Shown in pieces: positions 37,707-47,478 of a stretch of 64,000 nucleotides of DNA (position 1 is its first letter; every line of letters begins with the position of its first letter). Source of the stretch: an uncultured Gammaproteobacteria bacterium. Lineage in GTDB: Bacteria > Patescibacteriota > Microgenomatia > Daviesbacterales > UBA10151. The stretch lies in contig CAZFYQ010000002.1 in NCBI GenBank assembly GCA_964523905.1, positions 2,177-66,176 on the forward strand, written 5' to 3'. A model generated the notes under the pieces. The model worked only from the letters and a program-made list of their open reading frames with translations, ran no database searches and was not told the DNA's origin. Position numbers and translations under genes: made by a program.

Positions 37707-38135
37707 TTATTGTTGGGTTGGGGTAGGTGGAGGTGTGGGGGAACCGCCAAACAGAGCGTTTTTGACCTCAGTTACTACTTGATCAGGAGTGTATGATGCT
37801 TTAATTAAATAAGCCTGGGCGCCCAGTTCAAATCCTTCTTTAATCACTGCTTCCTGGCCTAAATTGGTCAGTAAAATAGTAATCATTTTGGAATTAGGAT
37901 TTAAGGTTTTAAACTCTCGAAGTAGTTGTAGCCCATTAATTCCCGGCAACATGATATCTAAAAGCAGTAAATCAAAGGTTTCGGCTTTTAACATGGCCAA
38001 CCCGGTTTGACCATCAGCGGCGCTTTTAACCACAAAGCCTTCTTTAGTTAACTGCCTAACATAGAGCTCCCTAATAAAGTCTTCATCCTCAACTAGCAGG
38101 ATTTTTTTAGTGGCATTAATATCTTGTGGTCCCAT
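37707..38135 (-). CDS. Response regulator, single receiver domain (CheY-like)
   Basis: The DEDF...D...K receiver signature; 142 aa with no output domain. Confidence 0.8.
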   Translation of the reverse strand: MGPQDINATKKILLVEDEDFIRELYVRQLTKEGFVVKSAADGQTGLAMLKAETFDLLLLDIMLPGINGLQLLREFKTLNPNSKMITILLTNLGQEAVIKEGFELGAQAYLIKASYTPDQVVTEVKNALFGGSPTPPPTPTQQ

Positions 38136-38162
38136 AACTATATGTACTTTAACTAATTGCGG

Positions 38163-39611
38163 CTAATAATTCAATCCGCCTTCTTGAATTTGTGCTCCCA
38201 CAAACTTATTTCCTTCCAAAGACCCAGAGCTAATGGTGTTAATTGGCAAAGTAAAGTAAAACTTACTACCTTTTCCCTCAATCGATTCCACCCAGATTTT
38301 GCCGTTTAATTTTTCAATAATTGATTTACTAATGTATAACCCCAGTCCTGTTCCTTTACTGGCTTGTTGGGTTTGGTTGGACACCCTAAAAAACTTGGTA
38401 AATAAATGGGGAATGGCATCTTTGGGGATTCCCACCCCGGTATCAGTTACACAAGTAGTGACAGAATCAGCCGTAGACTCAATGGAAAGCTCGACCTTAC
38501 CCCCGGCACCTGTATAGTTAATGGCATTGGCAATTAGATTGGTGACTACCTCAGCAATACGGATGGGATCGGCAATTACCTTTGGTAAGGTGGGCGGTGC
38601 TTTTAAAGTTAAAATAATTTGTTTTTGATTGGCCTGGGCTTTTAAATCCTCAATTGCCTTAGTGGCCAGTGGTAAATAATCCATTACTTGTGGGGAAACT
38701 GACATTTCTTCCCGTTCAATTTTATTAACATTCAACAGATTTTGCACTAAAAATAACAATTGTTTGGCCGAAATCTCTGCTTTATCTGTTAAATCCAGCT
38801 CCTCTTTAGGCAATTTATCTTTATTTTCTTCATTGAAGACTGATAAATAGCCAATGATCGAAGTTAAAGGAGTACGGAGTTCATGAGAGGCCATTGAAAC
38901 AAAATCCAGCTTCATTTTTTCCAGCTCTTCTTCTTTGGACAAGTCATGTAAAATTAAAATACAATCCAAATTGGTTTGGACAGTGGGTTTTACTTTGGAA
39001 GAAACAATATTGACCGGGGTTTGTTTACCCTGGTTACCGGTAAGCTTGACAGCTTTTCGAAAATCCATATCACAATAGGTTTTGGGTAACACCTCATAAC
39101 CATCAATCATCACATGTAGTAGGCTATCAATTCTTTGTCCCAGAAGCTGTGCAGATGTAAAACCAGTAATTTCCTCAGCTGCCCGGTTAGCAAACAAGAT
39201 ATTCTTGTTAAAATCTAAGGTAATAATGCCATCAATTAAAGAAGACAATACTTCTTCAGTTTTGTTTTTTTCCTGGATAGCCCTCTGGGTATCCGTTTCC
39301 ATTTTCTGGAAAGACCCGGCTAATTTATCCGCCATTTGGTTAAAGGAATTAGCCACTTGTTCAAATTCATCTCCGGATCTAATATCTGCCCGTTTGTTAA
39401 AATTACCATTACCTAAATCTTGGGCGCTTTTGATTAAATCCTTAAATGGCTTTAAAAAAATATACATGGCAAAGACAGCAAAAATAGTAGAAAACACTGC
39501 CGCTCCTAAAGCCACTACCAAGCTATGAAATAAATAAATGGAGATTATAGAAGGGCCTAAGATAGCAATTGCGCAGATTATGGATAATTTAATAAGCAGG
39601 GAATTTTTCAT
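38163..39611 (-). CDS. Sensor histidine kinase (TM, HAMP, PAS, HisKA, HATPase_c)
   Basis: H-box SHELRTPL, an N box, and a G-box GTGLGL. Confidence 0.85.
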   Translation of the reverse strand: MKNSLLIKLSIICAIAILGPSIISIYLFHSLVVALGAAVFSTIFAVFAMYIFLKPFKDLIKSAQDLGNGNFNKRADIRSGDEFEQVANSFNQMADKLAGSFQKMETDTQRAIQEKNKTEEVLSSLIDGIITLDFNKNILFANRAAEEITGFTSAQLLGQRIDSLLHVMIDGYEVLPKTYCDMDFRKAVKLTGNQGKQTPVNIVSSKVKPTVQTNLDCILILHDLSKEEELEKMKLDFVSMASHELRTPLTSIIGYLSVFNEENKDKLPKEELDLTDKAEISAKQLLFLVQNLLNVNKIEREEMSVSPQVMDYLPLATKAIEDLKAQANQKQIILTLKAPPTLPKVIADPIRIAEVVTNLIANAINYTGAGGKVELSIESTADSVTTCVTDTGVGIPKDAIPHLFTKFFRVSNQTQQASKGTGLGLYISKSIIEKLNGKIWVESIEGKGSKFYFTLPINTISSGSLEGNKFVGAQIQEGGLNY

Positions 39612-39653
39612 CCAACTTTAAGCGTAACAAAGCCAGGTAGGGTAATCAAGGGC

Positions 39654-40877
39654 TCAAAGCTCGTTTGTTAGCTTTAGTTTATAAAAGTAATAAACAAAAA
39701 GAATCATTGAAGCGTAATAGATGTAAATTCCAATTTGTGATCCACCAATAAAGTCCGGTTGGAAAATCCAGGCTTGAAACCATAACATTGCAGCTCCCAC
39801 AATAATTGTTACTAATTTCCTTTGATAATTAATCAGATCAGGTAAACATAAGACGGCTGCCAGTACCAGTCCGTTGGCGTACCTGCCAATATTGGCATAC
39901 ATTACAAAATCATCTGGGATTAAGCTAAGTAGCAACAGTAGATGAATTCCTAAAATGGCAACTGCCGGAGTTAACCGGTTATTTTTAATCAAAACCATCG
40001 GGATGATTCCGGTAATTAGCGCCGGAAGCATAACCAAAGTCATCGGGTTAGTCCAGGGCCATAAATAAGGAAGAATTGGGGGAAATGATAAGTGAGCTGA
40101 AAGATCGGGAGTGTAATAAATATTTAAGAAGATAAAATACAACAGGAATGGAACAAGGATTATTAAAGTTGCGAATAATCCTCTCTTCCAATATTGATTA
40201 ATTTGTATCTGTTTATCAGCTGATGTTTTAAATATTAAAGAGCCCATAAACACTAAAGAAAATACCGCTGTTAATTCTCGGGTAAAAATAGCCAAGGAAA
40301 ACATCAAGACAGAAATAGCTAGTTTACTGATCTTTTTTGAGTCAAAAAAGAAAACTCCGGCCATGGTTAAAAAATATGCTAGTGATTCATTTAAATCATG
40401 GGCCATTGAGACCCAGACCCCGGGGTAAAAACCATAAATTAAACTATAGTAAGGAGATAAATTAAATCTTTGTAGATATTTACTTAATAAATAAACAGTG
40501 CCGATAATGCTGGCAATGTTAATGATTAACAGGTTATAGGCAATCAAATTTTGCTTGCCAAATGAAAATACCCTGGTCATTAAAGGATAAAACACTCGGG
40601 CCATCCGGTAAGGTGGATCATCAATGTAGGAAAAAGCATGAATAGGATCCAGGGCTAAATAGTAAAAAAATTGCCCGTCATAACCGTAGCCTTTTTGGGC
40701 ATATTTTGACAGATTATTAATCACTGGACTGCTATAACTTTTTTGTACAAAATGGCTACCGATATAGATAAAATCATGAATATCAAAAAAAGGTAGAACG
40801 ATTAATAACCAACAAAGAATTGCAAAACCGGAAATTAAAGCCGGAAATACTGCAGAATATTTTAAGAAAAACTTCAC
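39654..40877 (-). CDS. Polytopic membrane protein (possible GT-C-type glycosyltransferase)
   Basis: About 10 TM helices. The assignment rests on topology only. Confidence 0.5.
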   Translation of the reverse strand: MKFFLKYSAVFPALISGFAILCWLLIVLPFFDIHDFIYIGSHFVQKSYSSPVINNLSKYAQKGYGYDGQFFYYLALDPIHAFSYIDDPPYRMARVFYPLMTRVFSFGKQNLIAYNLLIINIASIIGTVYLLSKYLQRFNLSPYYSLIYGFYPGVWVSMAHDLNESLAYFLTMAGVFFFDSKKISKLAISVLMFSLAIFTRELTAVFSLVFMGSLIFKTSADKQIQINQYWKRGLFATLIILVPFLLYFIFLNIYYTPDLSAHLSFPPILPYLWPWTNPMTLVMLPALITGIIPMVLIKNNRLTPAVAILGIHLLLLLSLIPDDFVMYANIGRYANGLVLAAVLCLPDLINYQRKLVTIIVGAAMLWFQAWIFQPDFIGGSQIGIYIYYASMILFVYYFYKLKLTNEL

Positions 40878-40910
40878 ATCCTTACTATACCAAAATAATA
40901 GTTAATGATA

Positions 40911-41279
40911 TTAAACTTTATCAAGATAATTAAAAAAAGCATTCATGGGTTTCCAGTGACCACCTTCATCTAATTTGCAAATATTAATACCCGTGGCTGT
41001 TAAAAGAAGCTCAGTTCCACCCATAGCTAGATTAATAGCCGTCATCGTTTTTCTTACAACTGAAAACCTATATGCAGGGTAGCTTGATATGGAAAATATT
41101 GCTTCTGCTTCTTTCCATGCAAGAGGAAGGCCCCTAATTATTCCTTTTGTTCTCAGTGGTCTTAATACTGGTTCAGATAGACTGATCTCATCAGCTGTTC
41201 CAGTAGACGTTCTTTGATTTATGTATCTTTCCTGAAGAAAGCCAATGACTTTTCCAGACCAAGGTTGTTGCTCTTTCAT
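40911..41279 (-). CDS. Hypothetical protein (122 aa)
   Basis: ORF only. Confidence 0.4.
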   Translation of the reverse strand: MKEQQPWSGKVIGFLQERYINQRTSTGTADEISLSEPVLRPLRTKGIIRGLPLAWKEAEAIFSISSYPAYRFSVVRKTMTAINLAMGGTELLLTATGINICKLDEGGHWKPMNAFFNYLDKV

Positions 41280-41283
41280 CTTT

Positions 41284-41345
41284 GGTACCGCGTACCGGAT
41301 TTGTTCATCCCGATAGTGATCGGGATGCTTTGCGAAGCAAAGAGC
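41284..41345 (-). repeat. Three consecutive hairpins immediately 3' of tRNA-Glu (ggtac-cgc-gtacc; catcccgat-agtg-atcgggatg; gctttgc-gaa-gcaaagagc)
   Basis: Perfect inverted repeats read directly from the sequence. They may act as terminator or processing structures. Confidence 0.5.
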
Positions 41346-41357
41346 GGTGATTTCAGT

Positions 41358-41428
41358 AGCTCCGACGGGAATCGAACCCGTGTTTCAGCGTTGAGAACGC
41401 CGTGTACTAACCGTTATACGACGGAGCC
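41358..41428 (-). tRNA. tRNA-Glu (anticodon CUC), no encoded CCA
   Basis: Manual cloverleaf: acceptor GGCTCCG/CGGAGCT, D-stem GTAT/GTAC with a GG loop, anticodon stem CGGCG/CGCTG with loop TTCTCAA, and T-arm ACGGG-TTCGATT-CCCGT. Confidence 0.8.
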
Positions 41429-41500
41429 TTTGAGCCTAAATTATAGCATGTTTACTGCTCAATTGACTTACGTATGAATTTAGAATAAAATCTGCGCAAA

Positions 41501-41989
41501 GTGACAAAAATTAAAGTTTCTGTAAGAAATATAAAAAATACCTACCTGACTTCACAGGGTTTATCTGAGGTGAAAACCGAATTTGATTTCCTTAAAAAGG
41601 AAAAAAGAGCGGAAATTGCTGAAAGAATCCGCCAGGCCAGAGAATATGGGGATTTAACTGAAAACTCCGAATATGATAGCGCTATGGAAGATCAATCTTT
41701 AATGGAAAACCGGATTGCTGAACTGGAAGAAATTTTAAAACATGCCAAAGTGATTGTTGGAAAAAACCAGGAGGATTTTGTGATCATTGGTTCCACAGTC
41801 AAAATTGAAATGGATGATGGCATTGATGAATTTACCATTGTTGGTAGGGTAGAGGCAGACCCTTCTAAAAAAAGAATTTCCAACGAATCCCCTCTTGGTT
41901 TGGCACTACTTGGTGCTAAAGAAGGTGAGGAGGTAGAAGTAACTACCCCGATAGTGAGATACAAATGTAAGGTTTTAAATATTAAATAA
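41501..41989 (+). CDS. greA: Transcription elongation factor GreA
   Basis: Coiled-coil N domain with the acidic tip, and a C-terminal FKBP-like domain. Confidence 0.85.
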   Translation: MTKIKVSVRNIKNTYLTSQGLSEVKTEFDFLKKEKRAEIAERIRQAREYGDLTENSEYDSAMEDQSLMENRIAELEEILKHAKVIVGKNQEDFVIIGSTVKIEMDDGIDEFTIVGRVEADPSKKRISNESPLGLALLGAKEGEEVEVTTPIVRYKCKVLNIK

Positions 41990-41990
41990 C

Positions 41991-43286
41991 ATGAAAAAGC
42001 CGCTCATTTTGTTTTATCCTAATCTGCCAAAATTATCAAAAAACGAAATGGAAGTTTTGGATTTACTAATAGATGCTGGTAAATTAATTGTCCCAATTTA
42101 CCTTGAGCAGGAAAAATATGCTGAAAGTCAAATAAACAAAGCTGAACTTGAGAGAGCAGCCAAAAATAATCCTGCCATATTTGATCCGTATACTGTAGTA
42201 GAAAAAATAGAAGGGAAAATAGTCGCAACCCCTTATCATATAAAATATGCCAAACTTCTCAAACCGATTGCAAAAAAATTAATTGAAGCCAGTAAGTTAA
42301 CTACAAATAAAGAATTTGGTAACGCTCTAAAAATACAGGCAGAAGCTCTATTAAATGGCACTTATGATCAGGCAACTATTAATTGGTTAAAAACAAAGCA
42401 ATATATTCTAGATATATCAATACTTCCACTTAAGCCTTCGGATAATAGGATGCCTTTTTCCAAAGCCTCCTATCAGGCATGGGTGGGAGTAGTGGATGTT
42501 GAGGGAACCAAAAGGTTCCATACTTACAAAGATGTCACTCTTAGTTCTATGAGACATGGAGTCCTTCCAGAAAATAGAATTGATAATCCCGAAAAAATAA
42601 AAGGTAAGGTTTTAGATATTGTGATATTGTCTGGATTTATGGCCAGAACCAAATTTGCCGGGGTTCATTTACCAACAGATGTAGCTATTGTTGAAAAATA
42701 CGGATCAGAAATTACACTGTTTAATCAGGCTAATGATTTGAAAGTTAAAGAGCAAATCATCCCTGTATTTGATAAAATCTTCTCACCAGAATTTAAGGAA
42801 GGATTTAGCTTTGAGGATTTAAGAAGAGGTTATTTGCGAGCAGTGGCACTACACGAGCTAGCCCACAGCTATCTATATTACAAGAATGCGTCGCAAAAAT
42901 TACAGGATTTGTTTCCAATCATTGATGAACTTGCTGCAACTGCCTTAGGTTTAAGATTATCAGGCTCCTTACTTTTGATAGATCGGATAACGGAAAAGCA
43001 GTTAGAATCAATGATTGTGGCGTATTTATGCAGAAGTTTCTATTACACTTTAAACGCTAATACCTCTCAGCATCCTTTGCGTAATTATGCTGTTGGTGGA
43101 AATATACTAATCAATTTTATGTTTCAACATGGAGCAATAAAAAAATCAGAGAAATATGTTGTACTGAATTTTATGAAGATATTTGTCTGTCTGCATGATT
43201 TATCTGACATGTTGGAAAAAATATTATCCTCTGAAACAAGAAAAGATGCTGAAAAATTTATTGTAAAATACGGAAAGCTTAACTAA
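41991..43286 (+). CDS. Hypothetical protein with HExxH motif (VALHELAHS), possible metallopeptidase-like
   Basis: 431 aa. The single HELAH motif is the only recognisable feature. Confidence 0.5.
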   Translation: MKKPLILFYPNLPKLSKNEMEVLDLLIDAGKLIVPIYLEQEKYAESQINKAELERAAKNNPAIFDPYTVVEKIEGKIVATPYHIKYAKLLKPIAKKLIEASKLTTNKEFGNALKIQAEALLNGTYDQATINWLKTKQYILDISILPLKPSDNRMPFSKASYQAWVGVVDVEGTKRFHTYKDVTLSSMRHGVLPENRIDNPEKIKGKVLDIVILSGFMARTKFAGVHLPTDVAIVEKYGSEITLFNQANDLKVKEQIIPVFDKIFSPEFKEGFSFEDLRRGYLRAVALHELAHSYLYYKNASQKLQDLFPIIDELAATALGLRLSGSLLLIDRITEKQLESMIVAYLCRSFYYTLNANTSQHPLRNYAVGGNILINFMFQHGAIKKSEKYVVLNFMKIFVCLHDLSDMLEKILSSETRKDAEKFIVKYGKLN

Positions 43287-43315
43287 AATCTAAATAACCG
43301 TAGAAATTGCCCGAA

Positions 43316-43344
43316 TTGCACTTTTATATAGCAGGCTGTATAAT
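43316..43344 (+). promoter_or_regulatory. Strong sigma70-like promoter TTGCAC-17-TATAAT; downstream ATG only ~8 nt after the -10 (leaderless)
   Basis: Read directly from the sequence; no SD fits before the ATG at 43353. Confidence 0.55.
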
Positions 43345-43352
43345 CCGTTGAT

Positions 43353-44162
43353 ATGTCCGTGGATTCTATGGAAAAATTAATTGGAATACGATCAGTCGAT
43401 CATAATGGTTTCAAAGCAGATTTTTTGTGGGGTGATGCAATAATAAACCAAAAAGAACCTTTAAGTGCTCTGATGAGTCATGTAGATGCAGATGTTTTTA
43501 AAAAAGACGTTCCTCAAGCCATTGCAACAGTTGAGCGTAGATTTGCTTTGATAGAGAAATCTGCAGCTCATGCCAATAGCACTAGTATGATTTTATACAG
43601 ATATCCCAGTGATCCAATAGGTGAGATTGCATCGTATCATGCTTATTCCCTTCAGCAGGAACTGGAAGTGGAAACCTCTAAAGGACCACGAATTGTTTTA
43701 CTTGTGGTAGTAAGATCTTTTGGGGTAGATTTTCGAGACCATGGTTTAGGAAGATATGATATTCAGCAAGGCCCAGTTAGACATCCAGCAGCTACAGCGA
43801 TAATGTATAGAACTATCAGTCCTGCTGCAGCTTGGTCTGTATATCAGGCAGATGTAGTAAATCCTCGAGTCCATTTTCCTTGGCAATGGGCATCTTTGTA
43901 CGGGGAGAATGCTGAGGCAGAGTTAGCAGGGGAAATTAAGGATGCAGGTTTTAAAGAATTAAAATCAGTAGGAATAGCAAAGGCAAAACGTCCTCCGGAT
44001 AGCTCTACAGGAGCTGCAATTGCAGATGATAGACCAAATTTGGCATATGAAGTTAAACCTGGACATACAGCTACTGAGGAAATTGGTGGATATATTACTA
44101 CAGTGCTTAAGGCAGTTCCTTCAAGAGGAGATAGGATATATAGTGTTGGTTTGCTTGAATAA
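43353..44162 (+). CDS. Hypothetical protein (269 aa)
   Basis: ORF with no recognised motif. By eye it looks somewhat GC-richer than its neighbours (not computed). Confidence 0.5.
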   Translation: MSVDSMEKLIGIRSVDHNGFKADFLWGDAIINQKEPLSALMSHVDADVFKKDVPQAIATVERRFALIEKSAAHANSTSMILYRYPSDPIGEIASYHAYSLQQELEVETSKGPRIVLLVVVRSFGVDFRDHGLGRYDIQQGPVRHPAATAIMYRTISPAAAWSVYQADVVNPRVHFPWQWASLYGENAEAELAGEIKDAGFKELKSVGIAKAKRPPDSSTGAAIADDRPNLAYEVKPGHTATEEIGGYITTVLKAVPSRGDRIYSVGLLE

Positions 44163-44203
44163 ATCTTCTTTCAAAAAACTTCAGCTTCGAGTATACTTTA
44201 GGC

Positions 44204-45658
44204 ATGCCTTTAGAGAGTTTACAAAAAGAACGCCTTAAAAAGTTAAAAAATATTCAAAGCCTGGGGATTAATCCCTATCCTTCCAAAACTGTCCGCAAAG
44301 AAACTATTGCCGTGGCCCGCAAAATGATGGGTAAAAAGGTTTTTGTGGTGGGAAGAATTAGGTCGCTTCGTCCCCACGGAAAAATTGCTTTTTTAGATAT
44401 TGAAGATGCCACTGGTAAAATCCAGCTATTTTTTAGAGAAGACTTATTAAAAGATAAATTTGAAATTTTGCCAAATCTTGATTTAGGAGATTTTATACAA
44501 GTTTCGGGTGAAATAATTAAAACCCAATCCGGTGAGATTACTGTCAGCGCCTCAGATTTTACCATTTTAAGTAAAAGTCTTCGTCCTTTGCCTTCGTCAT
44601 GGTATGGACTTAAAGACGTTGAAGAAAGATATCGTCACCGCTATATTGATTTACTAATGAATCCAGAAGTTCGTTCGACCTTGGAATACCGTTCCAAAAT
44701 AACTGCCGCCATCCGCAATTTTTTAATTAACAAAAAAGGCTATTTTGAAGTGGAAAATCCGGTGTTACAACCTTTATATGGGGGGACCAGGGCCCGGCCT
44801 TTTAAAACTCATCATAATTCCTTAAGAATGGATTTATATCTTCGCATTTCCAATGAACTATATTTAAAAAGATTAATTGTCGGTGGTTTTGAAAAAGTTT
44901 TTGAAATGGGACACACTTTTCGAAATGAAGGAATGGACAGAAATCATAATCCGGAATTTACAATGCTGGAAACCATGGAAGCATATATTAATTATGAAGG
45001 GAACATGGATTTGATTGAAGAAATGTTTGAATATGTATCCAAGGAAGTTTTTGGAAAAACTAAACTGGAATATCAGGGTATGGTAATTGATTACAAAAGT
45101 CCTTGGCCAAGAATTAAACTAACTGATTTGTTTAAAAAATATACCGGGGTCCATTTTCATGAAATTAATACTTTAGAAAAAGCCACTACTTTAGCTAAAA
45201 GCTTGGGAGTAGAGATTAAAGATTTTATGACAGATGGGGAAATTTTGTTAGAAATTTTTGAGAAAAAATGTACTAGCCAGTTGATTCAACCAACTTTTGT
45301 TTATGATTACCCGGCGGATTTTTACCCTTTGGCTAAAAGAAAAGCCGATGATCCGAAATTTGTGGAAAGTTTTGATATTTATGTTGCCGGAATGGAAATG
45401 GGTACTAATTATACTGAACAAAATGATCCGCAGGAACTACGTTTAGCTTGGCAAAAGGAAAAACAAAAAGCCAAAGATGGTAATCAAGAAGCCCAAAAAA
45501 TTGATGAAGATTTTCTGGAAGCTTTGGAATATGGCATGCCACCAACCTCCGGAATAGGTCCGGGAGTTGATCGTTGGATAATGGTGATGACTAATTCCCC
45601 TGCCATTGCTGATGTGATCCCCTTCCCAATGTTAAAGCCAGAAAAGAAAAGTAAATGA
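44204..45658 (+). CDS. lysS: Lysyl-tRNA synthetase, class II
   Basis: N-terminal OB anticodon-binding domain and class II motifs 1-3 (FRNEG, GGLGIDR-like GIGPGVDR). Confidence 0.9.
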   Translation: MPLESLQKERLKKLKNIQSLGINPYPSKTVRKETIAVARKMMGKKVFVVGRIRSLRPHGKIAFLDIEDATGKIQLFFREDLLKDKFEILPNLDLGDFIQVSGEIIKTQSGEITVSASDFTILSKSLRPLPSSWYGLKDVEERYRHRYIDLLMNPEVRSTLEYRSKITAAIRNFLINKKGYFEVENPVLQPLYGGTRARPFKTHHNSLRMDLYLRISNELYLKRLIVGGFEKVFEMGHTFRNEGMDRNHNPEFTMLETMEAYINYEGNMDLIEEMFEYVSKEVFGKTKLEYQGMVIDYKSPWPRIKLTDLFKKYTGVHFHEINTLEKATTLAKSLGVEIKDFMTDGEILLEIFEKKCTSQLIQPTFVYDYPADFYPLAKRKADDPKFVESFDIYVAGMEMGTNYTEQNDPQELRLAWQKEKQKAKDGNQEAQKIDEDFLEALEYGMPPTSGIGPGVDRWIMVMTNSPAIADVIPFPMLKPEKKSK

Positions 45659-46245
45659 GATTAACGGATTTAAAAAAGATATTAAAAGTTTTCTTAACTT
45701 TGCAGTGGACTAAAGAACTTCCTCGTCAAGGTTTTATTGCCATGGGGTTTAAGAGAAATGAGGCAGATTCGGTGGCGGCTCATTCTTTTTCAACAGCCTT
45801 ACTAGCCTATTTTTTAGCCAAACAATTACAAAAAGAAGGGACTAAAATTGATCCAGACCGGGTCTTAAAAATGGGTTTGGTCCATGATATTGGTGAAACG
45901 ATTGTGGGAGATGTGGGCACTTTTGTTAAAGGGATGGCTGGAGGAGTATTTAAAAATATTGAAGAAGAAGGGGTCAAGGCTTTGGTGGCCGGAATCAATT
46001 CCGAAGAGGAAATTATATCCCTGGTACATGAGTATAATGAAAGAGCTACTATTGAGGCCCGGGTGGTTAAGGCTGCGGATAACCTGGATGCCTTAGCTCA
46101 AGCTAAAGGTGTACCTGGGGCAGCAAGTGCGATAAAATATTTTAAGCAGATGTATCATATTACTAAATTTGATTGGCACAAAACTGCCGTTGATTTAATA
46201 GTAAATGACAAAGTAGAGCCATCCCGGGAATGGCAGAAAGCATAA
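45655..46245 (+). CDS. HD-domain phosphohydrolase
   Basis: H...HD...D pattern (HSFSTA, LVHDIGE). Confidence 0.7.
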   Translation: MRLTDLKKILKVFLTLQWTKELPRQGFIAMGFKRNEADSVAAHSFSTALLAYFLAKQLQKEGTKIDPDRVLKMGLVHDIGETIVGDVGTFVKGMAGGVFKNIEEEGVKALVAGINSEEEIISLVHEYNERATIEARVVKAADNLDALAQAKGVPGAASAIKYFKQMYHITKFDWHKTAVDLIVNDKVEPSREWQKA

Positions 46246-47478
46246 ATGTTAGATATTAATTTTATTAGGCAAAATATTGATAAGGTAAAAAAATCTATTG
46301 ATGCCAGAAAATCTGATGTAGATTTAGAAAAACTTTTAAAACTGGATGATAAGAGAAAAGACTTAATTCAAAAAGTAGATTTACTTCGCGCTAAAAGAAA
46401 CGAAGCAGCAAAGGCCCGTGATATTGAGGTTGGTAAAGCAGTAAAACTTGAATTGGATCTGCTGGAAAAAGAGCTGAGTGATGTAGAAAAAAGTTGGAAT
46501 GAGCTGATGCTACTGGTTCCGAATGTTATCTTGGATGATGTACCAATTGGAGATGCCAGTAATAATAAAGTTATTAAAACAGAAGGAAAAATTCCTAAAT
46601 TTGATTTTAAAATTAAAGACCATTTAGAACTGGGAAAACTGCTAGACATTATTGATTTTGACAGAGGCGTAAAAGTAGGAGGATATAGGAGTTATTATTT
46701 AAAAAATGAAGGTGCCAAATTACACTGGGCTGTTTTAAATTTTGCCCTAGATTATGTTTCCAGAAAAGGGTATGAAGTAGTAGTTCCTCCAGTGATTGAT
46801 CGAAGTTTTGCGCTCCTTGGTGGCGGGCAATTTCCTTGGGGTGAAGAAGATACCTACAAGGTAGGAGATGATGAATATTTAGTAGGCACCGCCGAGATTC
46901 CCTTAATGGCTATGCATGCTGACGAGACTTTTAATATTAAAGATTTGCCAAAAAAATATGTGGCAATGTCTCCTTGTTTTAGAACAGAGATTGGATCATA
47001 TGGTAAAGACACCAAAGGATTATATAGGGTTCATGAATTTTTTAAGGTAGAGCAGGTGATTTTAGCAGAGGCAGATGAAAAAGAGTCTTTAGGATTTTTT
47101 GAAGATTTACTGGATAATGCGGAAGGTATTTTGCAGGAACTTGACCTACCTTATCAAGTTGTTTGTTTATCATCTGTAGACATGGGTAAAAAAGCTGCTT
47201 TAACTTATGATATTGAAACCTGGATGCCAGGAAGAGAAGCTTACGGGGAAACACATTCTAATTCGATGGTACTGGATTTTCAAACTCGCAGATTAAAAAT
47301 TAAATACAAAGATGAAGAGGGGAATGTTAGATATTGTTATGCTTTAAATAACACTGCTATTGCCTCACCCAGAATTCTAATCGCTCTTTTGGAGAATTTT
47401 CAGCAGGCAGATGGATCTGTAAAGATTCCTGAAGTGTTACAAAAATATACCGGCTTTTCCGAGATTAAACCCCAATAA
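46246..47478 (+). CDS. serS: Seryl-tRNA synthetase
   Basis: N-terminal coiled-coil arm and class II core motifs. Confidence 0.9.
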   Translation: MLDINFIRQNIDKVKKSIDARKSDVDLEKLLKLDDKRKDLIQKVDLLRAKRNEAAKARDIEVGKAVKLELDLLEKELSDVEKSWNELMLLVPNVILDDVPIGDASNNKVIKTEGKIPKFDFKIKDHLELGKLLDIIDFDRGVKVGGYRSYYLKNEGAKLHWAVLNFALDYVSRKGYEVVVPPVIDRSFALLGGGQFPWGEEDTYKVGDDEYLVGTAEIPLMAMHADETFNIKDLPKKYVAMSPCFRTEIGSYGKDTKGLYRVHEFFKVEQVILAEADEKESLGFFEDLLDNAEGILQELDLPYQVVCLSSVDMGKKAALTYDIETWMPGREAYGETHSNSMVLDFQTRRLKIKYKDEEGNVRYCYALNNTAIASPRILIALLENFQQADGSVKIPEVLQKYTGFSEIKPQ

